Notes: a model not told the origin generated them from the letters alone. A DNA stretch of 59,561 nt, filler included, from Sphacelaria rigidula (GCA_964200075.2; 5 parts of 5 records of this genome joined end to end with filler, not necessarily neighbours in it), one strand, 5' to 3'. Shown: positions 38,601 to 51,805, counted from the first letter of the whole stretch. Numbers and translations are program-made.

Positions 38601-39125
38601 AGCTACTTCTTACGTATCAAAAGGTAAAACTTGTTGAAGAGTGCATTTTTTACCCTTTTCCGTCGTTTTTCCCCCGAAAAGAGGGTTGAGCCGTTGTTGG
38701 CACTTTGGAATGACTTGCTCTACTCGCTGAGACGGTTCCAGAGCGCCTTTACGTTTCCTGTAGGCCACGCATTCGTTTTTGGCCAAGCTTGCATTTTCAA
38801 TAACAAACTGTCAAGTTACCCAAAAAAATGTCAGTTTTCCCCTGTTTTTAGACAACTCGATCAAGTTTCCTGTAGGTCACGCTTTCGTTTTTAGCCAAGC
38901 TTGCATTTTCAATAACAAACAGTCAAGTTACCTACAAAAATGTCAGTTTTCCCCCTGTTTTTAGACAACTTGATCATTTTTTGTTATTGAAAATTCAGCG
39001 AGTAGAGCAAGTCATTCCAAGGTGCCAACAGCGGCTCAACCCTCTTTTCGGGGGAAAAACGACGCAGAAGGGTCAAAAACGCACTCTTCAACAAGTTTTA
39101 CTTTTTGATACGTAAGAAAGTAGCC
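38601..39125. mobile_element. Tourist-like (PIF/Harbinger) MITE
   Basis: ~130-bp TIRs (38601-38730 / 38995-39125), TTA on both flanks, two internal ~112-bp tandem units. Confidence 0.85.
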
Positions 39126-39131
39126 TTAGAC

Positions 39132-39350
39132 CCTGAGATTTTGCAGACGGGTGCTCTGAGATATTTAGAAGGGCGGTATGATTGAGGCCTTTCCATTTTT
39201 TCCCCCGACAGATATCCGGGGTCCCAGGAGGGGGGTCTAATACACAGGGGGTCTTATGGACCCCGGATATGTGGCGAAAAACAAAATCGAAAGACTCCAT
39301 TCATACAGCCCTTCTAAATATCTCAGAGCACCCGCATGCGAAATTTCAGG
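39132..39350. repeat. Long imperfect palindrome (foldback element)
   Basis: cctgagattt..gggtgctctgagatatttagaagggc.gtatga is inverted at 39301-39350; inner atatccggggtcc/ggaccccggatat. Confidence 0.85.
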
Positions 39351-42300
39351 CACTGGGCCCACAGATAGGGGAAAGAATTATGAGTGGGAAGGTTTTTCGA
39401 TCAATCCTAGTATTGAAATATACCAAAATGCGGCGACCTTTTTTCAATCCAACGAGAAAAACGAGTGGAATGTGAGGCAAAAAGTAGCTTTGATTGGCCC
39501 ACATATTGCGCCGCTGCGACACAGACAGCTGCCACCGTCAATAAACGAGGATACAGCAGCTCCGTGCTGGCTCAGTTTGTCCCAACCTGCACGCACCCGC
39601 CTGGAGTGTCTTCCCCGATCACAGCACCCGACTATAACTGAAGTAGCAGAGAAGACTCAACAGACAGCTGTACAGCCGTCACGTGACCGATGTGTCAACC
39701 TTTCTTTGTTCCGACAGCACCTTAACCCCACCCCAATTATGTGCAGCCCGAAACGCAGCATGCAGCAGTACAACTGCTCAGGCACTCTCCAGTGCACATC
39801 GCACCGTGATCGTCGTAGAGTGTTTAGATGCCCAACAGCACAGCGAGAACTACAGCATAGAGATGAAGGGTTTGGGGAGCGCCTTATTCCTTTGGCTCGA
39901 GACGAAACAGCCAACACATCATGAACGTTCCAACGGTGTGTAGAGAGCACTGCGTGCCGACAACATTATTCTTCACAGAGACGAACGGAATGACAACATA
40001 AAGCAACTCAGGCACTCCCAGCGGAGATCAAACCGTCTCCACGAAGGCCTGAAGACGCCATAGCGCAGCGACAGCTACAACACACAAGACAGAGTATGAG
40101 TGTATTTGTGCTGCAGCACAGTGATGCAGGACATGTCCCATTCGATAGTTCTTTCCCTGATTCCGGGTGGGTCCTCGATTTTTGCCCAGTGGCGATTTTC
40201 AAACGCTCGGCCATTATCGCGCTTCGCGCGAAGATATTTTAGTTCACTTTGAGTTACCCCTATTCGTGGGAGGTGAGCCAAATTTCAGGGTCTTACCACT
40301 CAAAACGGCGCGAGCAGTAGGCCGTTTGTGCGTTCAAGTATACAGTTGTACGCGGAACCCCCCCTGATAACTTGATTATAGTACGAGCTGGGCCAGCTGA
40401 CAGTGATTTGTGAATGTATCCGGACCAGGCGATGGGTAATCCGAAGCGTTGGGCGCTGAAATTTTGACACAAAATTTTTACCATCGCTACGCACAACCTT
40501 GTCGGGGATGCCAAGAAAAAAGGAAGAGAACAGAAAGTTAGAGCGATTTTAAGTTTCCCCAAAAACTAGAAAATGCTGTAACTCCGTGAAAATAAACGAA
40601 TACGGGGGCACTCCTATTGTGGTTGTGCGTCCTCGTGTGGAGGAGATCCTGGTTAAATTTCGGCCAAAATTTCCAGAAATTCGGCGCAGCATTCAACTTT
40701 GCGTGTGGCACGGCTGCGCTTATTATATCCAAGTGATGCGGTTGACTCCAGTTATGGAGATCACGAGTTCGAATCCCGATGGATTTCTTATTTTTGTCCC
40801 GTCGGCTAGGTGATACATTATGCAGTACATCTTTTTTCTTTTCTTTTTTCATTCAGCGGCGGTCCCGTGCGTTAACATGTTGGTTTGCAGATCACATCGA
40901 TATACTCAAGTCGGGCTGATTCGATAAACTTAAACTTGATAGGTTATGGTTTGACATGCAAATGCGGGCTTTACTGCTGGCCCAGCTCGTATGCTACCGT
41001 TTTCCTTGTGCGGTTGAGCTTAAACCGACCGTTTGGGATCAGTTTTTGGAGTCAGCAACGAAACTTTGTACAAGCCTTCCTTGGACTACCTCGGGATGAC
41101 TCAATTCAAACTTTTCATTTTGAAGCAATCTCTACCGGCTTCTGAGGGTCTTCACGCTGGGACCCGCGGGAACTGATAGAGAGCAGATAAACTGAAAATT
41201 ATTCTTCAACGATTATTTTTTCCCATTCGTACCCACTGTATGTATCAAATTCCCAAGTTTGAGGATGACCAGAGCTTTTCTACGAACGTTACAAGGGAAA
41301 GCGTCAAAAGTCAAAAGGCTTTCTGGGTTTTCGATGCACATATATATATATTATCAATGCAAAGCCGACGACTCCAAAACCCCACACCACCGAAATGCCA
41401 CTTTTCGGGTATAAATCGATCCCCTACAAGCCGTTAAAAAAAAAATGTGTTAGATTCCCCAGCTGATAGCGATTTTACGGTTTGATTTGTAATGAGATTG
41501 GGTACAATTTGAGTCGAGAAGTTCGCATTCTTAATTTCAGAACAATTTGAAGGCCGCTCATTGGCTCAGAAACATTATCACTACCAGCGCCACGACAAAG
41601 GACGCAAGGAAAAACCTGGCCATATCACACTGTTCGTTCGCTCGTGGGGGTCAATATGATACCAAATATGCTTCTATCGGGTCAGTTTCGCGTTCTGTGT
41701 CTACTGGGGAATAAATTTTGGGCATTCACCGTGAACCACCCTGTAGCAACTTTTCGTTTCAAAGACAGAGGGGGTGGTATACAGCGTACCCCAATGATAC
41801 CCTGTCTATCCCAAAAATATCCGGAAACTCACGACGTCGCAGGCTTTCTACTCGTTGCATGTGCTATGTCGGAAACCTACAAGGGTATGCTCTTGAAGAA
41901 ACACCAAAGTTTTCTCAGACGAACATGTCCCAAGCCAGCCGACTATACAGCACTTCTACATGTACAAGAGCAACTAGTCCTTCTGATCAGCGGAGGTGCA
42001 CGTGAGTTTGTCGTCACAAAATCCACGATTGCTTTTTGAGTATTGTAGACCTTCAGTTTCGGATCTTCAGGGGGGCTGACAGTCCCACGTCCTCGCCATC
42101 ATGCGCAGCACGCGATTTTCCTCAACCATGGACCGCGAGGGTAGGTCGTCATCTGCTCACCTGCTCACCTGTTCATGCTTTCATTTTTCAAGTGAAATTG
42201 ATGGTGATTCAGCAGATGAACTCTGCTCGAGGTCAAAGGGTTAAGTTGACGCCCGCTAGTGATGCTTTGGGCTCTGCCAATACACACTCGGCCTTGATTG

Positions 42301-42717
42301 CTCGTTTGCCCGTACTGTCTTCCTAGCGTTGGGGTTTAGGCAATGGTTACTTTTGCCGTTCAGCAGTTTTACAGTAGACCGGTCTCGCGTAAACCCCCTG
42401 GTTTACGGTGAACTGGGCTGAGCGGTAACTGTATCTCTGTGCATAGCCCAAACCGATGTGGTAGCTAGTCAACGTTTACTTGCCAATCGCTGTTCGCATA
42501 GCCGGTCAATATCCCGGAGACGGGTTCCGAAGCGTGCTGGTTTCTGCGTATAGTCAGTCCTAGGATCGGTTGAGCGCGCCTCTTGCTTGGTGTGATATAA
42601 TAGATGAGACATCACGGTCGCTCTCGCGACAAAATATCCGAAGTCAATTGTTGTGGCGCGGGTCGCGTATACCCCTTTGTTTCGCTTCCTGCACACGACA
42701 CGCAGGACCGAGTTGCC

Positions 42718-43125
42718 ATGTCGCTCCTCGCTGGTCTGAAGTTCGTCAAGAAGGTGCCGCCCTCGTCGCTTCCGCCGCCGGCAGCCAGCGAAAAGGGGGG
42801 TGGCGAACGAGACAACGAGAAACGCAAGAGCTCAAGCAGCAGTAAGAAGCACCACCACAAGAAAGACAAGAAGGATAAGGGCCGCAGCAGCAGTAGCCGA
42901 AAAAAGAGCAAGGATGCTATCGCCGACGCGAACGAGCCGGCCTCCAAACGCCAAAAATCCCACAAGAATTCATCTGCATCCGGTGCGTCGGCGGCAGCAG
43001 CAAGCGAGTCAGGGGATGTAGATTGGCTAGATCAGGCGTTCAACTTTGGAGCTGACGGGGGGAAAGGAGGCGGTGACAGCGACTCTTTGACGCCGGAAGA
43101 GATCGCGCAGCGGAAACGTGAAGAG
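42718..43125 (+). CDS. CWF19L2: CWF19-like protein 2, exon 1
   Basis: gccATG start, Lys/Ser-rich N-terminus, GAG|gtacg donor. Identity inferred from exons 3-4. Confidence 0.75.
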
Positions 43126-44479
43126 GTACGGTATTGATAGGTAGGTACATCCTGCAAGCGTATGCCCTCTGTCTGGGAATCTTTCTTCTTTCTGTGTTGG
43201 CAATGATTGTCACAGAGCGTGAGGGAAGGGAGATGCGCAGGTGGGCCCTCGGTAGCACACGTGTCACATGTTCGAAAATGTGTTGTCGATAGGTTACAAG
43301 CGCTGTGGACAGGCGTATCGCCGTTGCGCTACAACGACCGTAACAAGGTTGCCCTTTGTCTTGTCAGACTTTTGAGGCTTTGCTTGAGCGCTGTGGCCTT
43401 TGCCACTACTGCACATGCTCATCAGGTAGGTCATGATGTCGAGAGCAGAGGGGGCTACTTTGGACACCACATAGTGCATGCAGTACCCCCGGTCAGAAGA
43501 AGTTCTAGTATTTCTAGTCGGTAGGAAAATATATGATGGAACATGACCATGCATGTGAGCATTGGGATCAGCTTATTTTCGGTCATAAATTGTTATGACC
43601 GTTCTACGCGAGAAAAATGGCTAACCTACAAATTTGCAGCGAACGAACAAAACTTCGGATTGCTTTGGTCATTGACAAGGCATCGACCCTACACCGTGTA
43701 CTATGTGCGTTGCGGGCAAAAAAAACTGCGCACGTGGAAGAGGCAACGCAATCTCAGCTCACGAAAGGTCTGGCTGCCTCCACGTCAACTAGGCTGAGTC
43801 CAGTGATCATAGGCTACGTCATACGTTAGCATGATATGGGTCATGCGGGGCAAGCAGGTGTTGGTAGGTACGGTTAAAACATTGAGGAACCTACCTGGTG
43901 TATGACCGGATTGGCTTCTTGAAACATGCAATGAGCTCCTCTAGCTCCTCTCGTAGAGGGCGTCGAAAAAGCCGTACTCGAAACTTTTCCCCGATGTGTT
44001 CACCCCCGCCAAGACAGGACAAGCAAGAATATCGCATGTCACGATTTTCAGAGAGATCCTCCAAAGTAAAGAAAGCCCTTGCCTACCCCCAGGTTAGTAC
44101 AAATAAGGTTCCCCACCCCCCCTCCCCCCGTCCTTTTTATTATGCATCAGCTGGGGGACAAAAGTAACAAGACAAAAATGATCTGCCCGCGTGTACTATA
44201 GGCTTTTTTCCTGTTCTCATGTCATACTTAGTACTCTCCTATTGTAATTATACAAAGGGTATCGTGTATGTACAGGTCGGGGCGAGCGTACTGACGTGAA
44301 CCAGGGTTATGATCCAAATGACAGTCTCGTGGGGGGAGGGGTTGATAAAGTCATGGTACAGCGTGCACGAGAAGGTGACACGCCGAATATTGTGTAAAAT
44401 GTTGAGTATCGGGTCGAATTGCTTCCTTTTCATTTTTCAGAAGCCCCCCCCTTCCCCCTTCCCCCCAACCCACCCCCGT

Positions 44480-44725
44480 TTGAGGGTTGGCGTCGGTTGG
44501 CAACAACGCTGTGAAACACGCCACTCACTGTGTGCGCTAGGTAGGCAACCGAGCTACCGTTTTTTCTTTCTGTGTTTTTTTGCGGTAACCATATGATGAT
44601 GGTCGAGCTAGAGTATGTTATGCGGGCTGGGTGAACCCTAGTTCTGCGCAAAGGAGATGGTCGTACCACATGGTGTTGAAATGGTGAGATACCCGTGAGG
44701 CAGCGGATAATCCGCGGCTGCCTCT
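44480..44725. repeat. Dispersed repeat family D
   Basis: Reverse-complement match to ~47845-48090 (acacgccactcactg, ggtcgagctaga, gtaccac). Confidence 0.7.
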
Positions 44726-45235
44726 GGTAGTGGCGATACCAGAAAATAAAGCAAATCATTGTTGGCTGTCATCTATACGCAAGACAACCAGTAGGCTACA
44801 GGCCGAACAATCTGGGTAGAATGTAGCTCACCCTTTATGCGACTCGCCAAACACATCACGGCGCTTGCGCTTGTGTGATTGGTCGCGAGCCTCGTCCGGC
44901 GAAAAGCCGGCGTGCTACGTCCCGACTTTATGGGGATGCGAGATCAATGGTGATATGAATACGGCATGTAAGATCATAAGTACACTGCCCCATCCTTTTC
45001 CCTGCTGCCATTTCAGAACCCAAGGTACAGTAGTTCTCTGCATTTCAAATCATCGCCAATTTATGTGCCATATGCATGAAGTAACTTGGCATCGGGAGTT
45101 CCTGCATGCCCGACCGATGTCGTTTTGTCTCATTTAAGTCGTGTAACATTGGTGCTCGTTTTGTCTATTTTAACTTGTGTAACATTGGTGCTGTTGTTTT
45201 GCTCCGCTGTGGTGGATGTGGTTTTGTTGTGGCAG

Positions 45236-45288
45236 GATATCGATCGCGAAGTGGTTGAGGGCAAGCGCGATCCCAACACCAAGCGCAC
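45236..45288 (+). CDS. CWF19L2: CWF19L2 exon 2
   Basis: cag|GAT ... AC|gtgagt; phase 0/2 links exons 1 and 3 in frame. Confidence 0.7.
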
Positions 45289-45292
45289 GTGA

Positions 45293-45340
45293 GTCGTCGT
45301 CGTCGTCGTCGTTGTTATTGCTGTTGTTGTTATTGTTGTT
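45293..45340. repeat. Compound microsatellite (GTC)6(GTT)n
   Basis: Directly visible. Confidence 0.85.
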
Positions 45341-45813
45341 TCTTGTATCGACCTTTTCCCAGAAGTCTAGCACCCGCGGTAGCAAAGCCATGGCACGGAA
45401 AAACAAAATTTGATTGATCGATTGATTTGATTATCGCGCTTGAACTGATCCCCCAGGAGTCATGATCCAGTCGTGGTCACATGATAGACCTACCCGAGAC
45501 AAAATAAAACTGAAACACTCGCTGAAGAAAGAGGAATAAGGAGAAGAAAGACAATGGAAAAAATTGATGCGCCCACGAACATGAAAACCCGGTGCCCCGA
45601 TGAGCGGGGTTTTACCAACGTGTTGGCGAAAAAAAAGAGAAAAAAAAGAGCATAGTAAAATTAGATTGAGGGTGTCGGTCAAATGGTACGCGGGCCTGGA
45701 GAGGCCAAAAAAAGGGAGCCAAGTAGGGGAAATACTGTAAGCAGGTCGATATGGCGAACAAGTGAGGCAACACGTTGTGTGTGTGTATATGTGTGTGTCT
45801 GTTGGGATGATAG

Positions 45814-45978
45814 GTATGGTCTGTACGACCCCTTGAAGGCGGACCTTGATGAAGCGGCAGCGCCAACATCGGTGGATGGGGGAGGCGAACGAGGGGGCGG
45901 TCTGAGCGGCCGCGGGGGAGGGTTGCCGAGCACGTTTGCACCGCGGCTCACTACCGGAGTAGGCGACAAGGGTGCCGG
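45814..45978 (+). CDS. CWF19L2: CWF19L2 exon 3
   Basis: tag acceptor, GG|gtgggt donor, phase 2/2; ends in GVGDKGAG. Confidence 0.75.
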
Positions 45979-46149
45979 GTGGGTATCTTGAACGCTCTAC
46001 AGTGGGTGCCATTTTCCAATTATATTCATTCTTTTTGATGAGATGTCAACTTTTCGTGTTTTTTTTGTCTCTCCTTGGGGTACTGCATGTATATGCACAT
46101 AGCTTGTGTCTAAGTCGCCGCGCCCCGGTTTTGTGAATTAAAATTTACG

Positions 46150-46440
46150 ACTGTCGCCATTAGAGTGGAGAGGAAGGCTCAGTTCCCGATGCGTTTGTTT
46201 TATCCTCCGAAGTACCTCATTTCCACCGTCGAAAACATGAGTAGTCCTGAGTAAACAGAAAATAGTGGACTTGAGTTTGCTTGATGAGAGTTGACGCGTT
46301 GCGGGAGTGCCGACCCAATCCTCGAGACCGATAATGCAAGGCGTGTACCGGGGAGAGGTGAGGTGGTCCCTTGTGACTTCGGGTACGGACTCGACCCGAG
46401 AAAGGGGAAGGGTCCAAAGTGTGACAAGAAAAAGACGGCT
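46150..46440. repeat. Dispersed repeat family A copy (intronic)
   Basis: Matches 7285-8160 and 9810-10070. Confidence 0.65.
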
Positions 46441-47439
46441 ATTGTTTCGTATAATGCCGATCCACAGTAAGCATACATGTACATGGGGGGGAGTAAGTAT
46501 ACATGTACATGGGGGAAGTATCAATTCCAGGAGCTACTGGGGTAGTCCGCCCGCTGGGAAATATTTGTTTTTTCGTGACGACCCTGTCATTTTCCACCCC
46601 CATTTTCCTCCCTGTCTCTGGATGGAGAAGGATGAGGGTTGTCAATGTCTCCCTGCTGGACAAGATTCAGGCGCTACGTTCAATTCGGATGTGCGGGTGC
46701 CTCGGGGTGTGGCTGATATCTTCGGCACAAGTCACCTTCGAAGCTTTCACAAGATTATCCCCGTACCTCCCGCGAATGTCACGTCGTACCTCCCCGAGTC
46801 ATGCGATTCATATCGTGAGTATGAGGACAAGTATGACTGGCGCCAAACGATCGGGGTATGTAGGTATGAAGGTATGTAGGAAACGACCCCGGGACTACTA
46901 AAAACGATCCTGAATGCCACAATTACCGCTCGGACTCGTTGCACGTGTGGACACATCCACAACCTACCCTGACTCTGTAGTTAGGAGCATCGCCATTTCG
47001 TCCACGAACAGCAAAAGCGGTTGATACCCCCGCCGTGCCCCCCATCCGTTCGCCGGAAGGGGAGGAGGGAGGAGAGGGAGGGCGATGGGTGTTTTTTCCA
47101 TTCCCGGACGAACTATGCGCCCCACCTCCATATCCTGGCCCACCCAGACGTAGGACTCGGAATCGCAGGGCGTATAGACCATGATTACCACATTTAGGAA
47201 CATTGTGGGATGTGCTGTCGCAGGCTCACGTTCGAGCCGTGTAAAGGAGAGGAGGGAGAAAAAGAAGGGGGCGGCGAGCGGTGAGATGGAACATGCCTCA
47301 AAACGGAATACTACATACATGAATAAGCGAAACAATGACTCCAGAAGTCTTCGAAATTGCGCATGCATGTGTATAGTCTGTTAATTTGCTGTCGTGCGTC
47401 GTTCACGGTGTGTACCTATCTATGACCGTAATATAATAG

Positions 47440-47520
47440 GTGGAGGGCGAAAGCGCTCAAGCGTGCACGGGAGAGGGCGGAAAAGTCTGGTGAATCGCTG
47501 GAAGATCTTGTGGGGGAAAG
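47440..47520 (+). CDS. CWF19L2: CWF19L2 exon 4 (gene truncated by contig end)
   Basis: Joined exons read GDKGAGWRAKALKRARERAEKSGESLEDLVGER, matching CWF19L2 'GDGGASW..KALKRA.E.A...G.SLEE...ERWG'; AG|gtaaag donor. Confidence 0.82.
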
Positions 47521-47630
47521 GTAAAGTTTTCGTGGTTCCCGGTTGACAAGTTTTTTTTTTTATGATATTTGCTGTCACGACTCACCAACACGTATGCGAA
47601 GCGCAAGCGCTTCCTCACATGCAGCTCCTA

Positions 47631-47730
47631 NNNNNNNNNNNNNNNNNNNNNNNNNNNNNNNNNNNNNNNNNNNNTTAATTAATTAANNNNNNNNNNNNNN
47701 NNNNNNNNNNNNNNNNNNNNNNNNNNNNNN
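47631..47730. other. Artificial contig linker
   Basis: N44-TTAATTAATTAA-N44. Confidence 0.97.
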
Positions 47731-48345
47731 CGAAGGGTGAGCTGCATCCTGCTGAAATTGCTCGGCCCGAAGCCTACTGATTATTTTGCATTTGGATGAC
47801 AGCCTACAATGAGTTGCTTCATTTTCTGGTATCGCCAGTTCCCGTGACAGCCACGGCTTATATACTGCCTCATGAGTGTCTCACCAAAAAACACTACGTG
47901 GTACGATCATCCCTGCTGTGCGGAGTTGGGGTTCTTCCAAACCGCACAACATGATCTAGCTCGACTACCATCATGGCTACCGTAAAAAAACGCAAGCGCG
48001 CAAAAAAAACGGTAACCTGGTTGCCTAGCTTGCGCAGTGAGTGGCGTGTTTTATAGTGTCATCACCAACCGACGCCGACCCCATTGAGGGTCCGCCCCTA
48101 CAAAGCCGAGACGGAGCGCGCTGGGTTCTCGCCGGCGACATGTGGGGGAGGAAGTGAAAAAACTGGTATCTTTACCGCTAGCTGGGGAGAAAGGCTCATA
48201 GGAGAGGAAACGATGTGGACGCTACCCTACAATTGGCACAAGTGCCCATCGAGGACTCATTACCTGTTCATTACAACACACGAAACAACTCATTGTAGAT
48301 CTCATACTATACGAATCAAGTCTATGGCAACGGACTGCTAGTTGG

Positions 48346-48492
48346 CTATGGCGCACTCTCAGTGCTTCGTAGAACCACCCCGTTCTGACCCACTACTTCG
48401 AAGCGCTTGGTTCGAAGGTCGTGCCACTGCTTCTCTCCCGTTGCGTCGTACGCGCAGCGATGCATTTTCCGTCTTGCATCGTAGCCGATAAT
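48346..48492 (-). CDS. Kinesin terminal exon (second half of Tudor-like domain)
   Basis: cag|ATT acceptor; IIGYDARRKMHRCAYDATGEKQWHDLRTKRFEVV...*; absent from the ORF track. Confidence 0.72.
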   Translation of the reverse strand: MIGYDARRKMHRCAYDATGEKQWHDLRTKRFEVVGQNGVVLRSTESAP

Positions 48493-48756
48493 CTGACGTC
48501 CATCAGTCGACCGGATTTCAATCGTTCAGGGCATGGATACACACGTGGTTCGCAGAAAGAGATGTTCGATAAATATTTCATGATTGAGCAATGGAGCGCC
48601 TTGATAATCTATTCGCGGCTGTTGGAGAGAAACACTCGCGCTGTCCCGGAAGCTGCCCACAATGTCAGGCAATGAACACACACGAGCAGAATAGACGTGC
48701 AGCCATTTCTCTGCACTGCGAAGCATCTTCTCTGACATGTCTAGCCATAGACGTAC

Positions 48757-48795
48757 CTGACACTCGTAGTAGTGGTCGTAACGGAAGGAGTACAC
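48757..48795 (-). CDS. Kinesin 39-nt exon (first half of Tudor-like domain)
   Basis: caacag|GTG ... CAG|gtacgt, phase 0/0; VYSFRYDHYYECQ. Confidence 0.72.
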
Positions 48796-49278
48796 CTGTT
48801 GCACCAGCACCCAGGGAGCGGAAAGGCATGGCCAATAAAGAAGGCGGCGGCAACGCAGCGCGGGAGAGGTCAATGCAGAAATACCGCCGTTCGGGGTTCA
48901 ATTCGACACGCTGAACATGTTATGCCTGTGAAGATACACTGTGTTGAATCGACTTCGAGGAATCGTTCTGCTGTTGTCCGATGATGTTCATTTTACTACT
49001 ACAGGCGCAACGCAGTGGACACCGCAGCGACGTTTCGTCTACAGTAACAAGGGAAGCGAGGTATTCGACTTTCGATTAAAGACTTGGCGATGGGTAGATC
49101 ATCCTCGAGAAATTACGGCCTCGATACCTCGGAGCAGCTTCTTGACTCGACGGCAACAAAGGTCGCTGTAATCGGTGGACGGGTGACGATGTCATTCCCC
49201 AGAAAACAAATCCGAAACGAGCTGCCCTCTCTTCTACATATTGGGATCAAAATCGCCCACGCAAGTACAGCAACGCAC

Positions 49279-51438
49279 CGTTAATCGTAGACCACGGTCT
49301 GCCACACTGTAAGCAAGTCGTGCTCGTCCCTTGCTCGCTGACTTGACTCTAATCTTGGCATCATCAACATCAACATCGGGATCGCTAGTGCATGGTCTGT
49401 CTCGTTCCTGGAACTTGTTCGATGGGACTGCGGAACCGCCGTTTTTATCTCCTGCTGTCGCTACCTGTGACCCGCCTGGTTTCCTCGTTGCCAGCCCGGA
49501 ACCGCCAGGTGAGGAAACATGGGATAGTGGATATGCTGTGTACAGCGCCGTAAGTTTGGCTTCACGATTCCTTGGGAGTGACGCGGCAGACTCTGGTGCG
49601 TCAACCTGCTTGTGTTCAAAGGGCACCGCAGGGCTTCCTTTCTGATGTTGCTGTCGTTTCCACTTGGCACGACTTTTCCTGGCCTTCGATGAGGTGCCTA
49701 GAGTATGCATGCTGTCTGACACTCGCGTAGGGGATTGAGACCCGCCCCTATCCTTTTTCCAGCTTCGCCAAGACCGTGTCCTCGCCAAAGCATTCCCTGC
49801 ACTGGTGACAGGACGTCGGCGGCTAGGGCTTCGTTGCGGCCGAGGTGGAGGTGTGGTCCATCCTGTCTGGCGCGCCATGGGCAACTGACTCGCAGAAGCT
49901 ATTGCGGTTCGGCACTGTTCAGAGAGTGATATGTTCACCTTGTTGGTGACATTCTCTTCCTGTGTATTTTCATCCCTTTCTGCAGTGGTCACGGCAGTAG
50001 CAGCAGCATTAAGTGTAGTATCACGTCTACAAGGTTCGGTGTGTTCGCCGGCATCCGTTCGACCTTCGACCCTGTCATCTATTTTATCACCGAATGTGGG
50101 CGACACCTCGACATCCGCAAGAGGTGCTCGTCTTCCATTTGTGGGCACTCGTCGCGAGAACAATGGTTCATCAACCGTATGGCCTTCTCCCGCGTATTTT
50201 CTTATCGTCGCCTGGGGAGTCGTCGTCGGAGGTTCCGCAGTCTCTGGGTTCACTGAAAGATCCGCGGAATCGCCGTGCGTGACTGCATTTAAAGACGCAA
50301 GCTGCGCTTCCAATGCTAGCCTCTCCGCTCGGGCTGCACTAAGCCTTGCCCTCTCTTCGCGCACACGCTGTCTTTCTCTGCCTTGAGCTTCAAACATGAC
50401 ATCCTCTAGCCGTTGGCTCTCTTCTGCTTCTTGCACAACTATGTCTTTCTCGTTTACGTGCCTAGCACTGGCCATGGCTTCTCCCGTTCTCCTCTGTTCA
50501 CTTCGATCAGCAGACGCAAGCCTGTCCAATTCAGAACGGAACCTCTCTAACTCTCGCACCGCCTTCACCTCGTTCGGGTCTTCCTTCCTCTGGATAACAC
50601 CGGACATCTCACTCCCCTCCCCATCGCCCTCCTCGCCAAGAATTTCGCGTAGCTTCTCGGTCGAGAGATCCATGGCTCGCTCTGGTAGCGTCACTTCACC
50701 CTCCTCCTCCTGAAACGCGTGTCGCCGGAACCTTGGGATAGAGGCACGAGTAGCTGTGACGGAAGGGCTAGCACTCCTGGCCCTGGAGGGCGCCCCTCGA
50801 CTATTAGCACCTAAGATGGAAGATCGAGATGAAGACCCTGGCCTTCTCCTTCGTCTGGCAGCTTCGGCGGCATCCGCGTACCGTACGCCCCAGTCAACAG
50901 GAGACGGAGAAAACGACAGCCTTCCCGCCGCGAGCGATCTGGAGCCGAAGGAGGAGGATCGACCTCGTCTGTAGTGTCGCTTCTTTTGTTTCTGTCGCTG
51001 GTGTTCGCAGTCGACTAGACGCTGAACTTCTGTTTTCAGGCGCTCATTTTCCTCTCGCAAATGCTCGCTGTCGGCGATCAGCCTCGCAACTTGCCGCCTC
51101 TGGCTTGCCGCTGTGAGGGCTGCCGCGTTTCCGCTTCCGACGGCGTCAGGTGAATCTCCCGGACCAGCGGTCTTCTCTGGTGCCGTCTCCAACGAGTCAT
51201 CGATGTTCTGCGGGGCTCGTGTGGATGTGATTGTTTTCACTGCAGCGTGGAGGTCACTACCGACTCCCAACGATATTTTCTCTGCTGCTTCCACTGATTC
51301 TTTGGGGCCAGCGTCTGCTCGGAGGGTGTTGTCGAGGGCTTGCCGGAGCAACTGTTTCAGCCGGACGATTTCTGCCTGTGCGCGGGCCAGTAGTACTCTG
51401 TCGTCCACTACCTCATTCGGCCGCAAGCGAACCATGAC
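49279..51438 (-). CDS. Kinesin neck, coiled-coil and disordered tail exon
   Basis: 720-codon open exon, tag acceptor, ACG|gtgcgt donor. Continues ADRAKK|VMVRLRPNEVVDDRVLLARAQAEIVRLK. Confidence 0.85.
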
Positions 51439-51805
51439 CTATTCACGAGCAAAAAGCTGGCAGATAACGTTAACCTTGTTCGCGAGACGGGTATCATTTA
51501 GAAAACATAATAGTGTTCGCACGTGTTACGATTTCGGCGTGGTGAAAATTGGAGGCTGCCCTCCAAGAACAAAGGGCTCGTTTGGTGTTGCCGACAGAGT
51601 CGAAACTATTTTGCGGTGATCATTATAGTTGATTCTGTGAGTGGTAGTCGAGAAATATGAACATATATCAAAATGGGTCACGTTGTGGATCCACGCTCGC
51701 CTCATCTGTAGCGACTTTGATGCCATAGGCGTTAACGCCAAAGTGGTTATAGATAGGCTACTCGAACCCCATCACCTACCATATAATCCTGTCTTACATT
51801 CGTAC

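Noticed and set aside
40700-40780. tRNA gene (GAGTTCGAATCCC T-loop-like motif)
   Set aside because: No convincing acceptor or anticodon stems; at best a decayed SINE head
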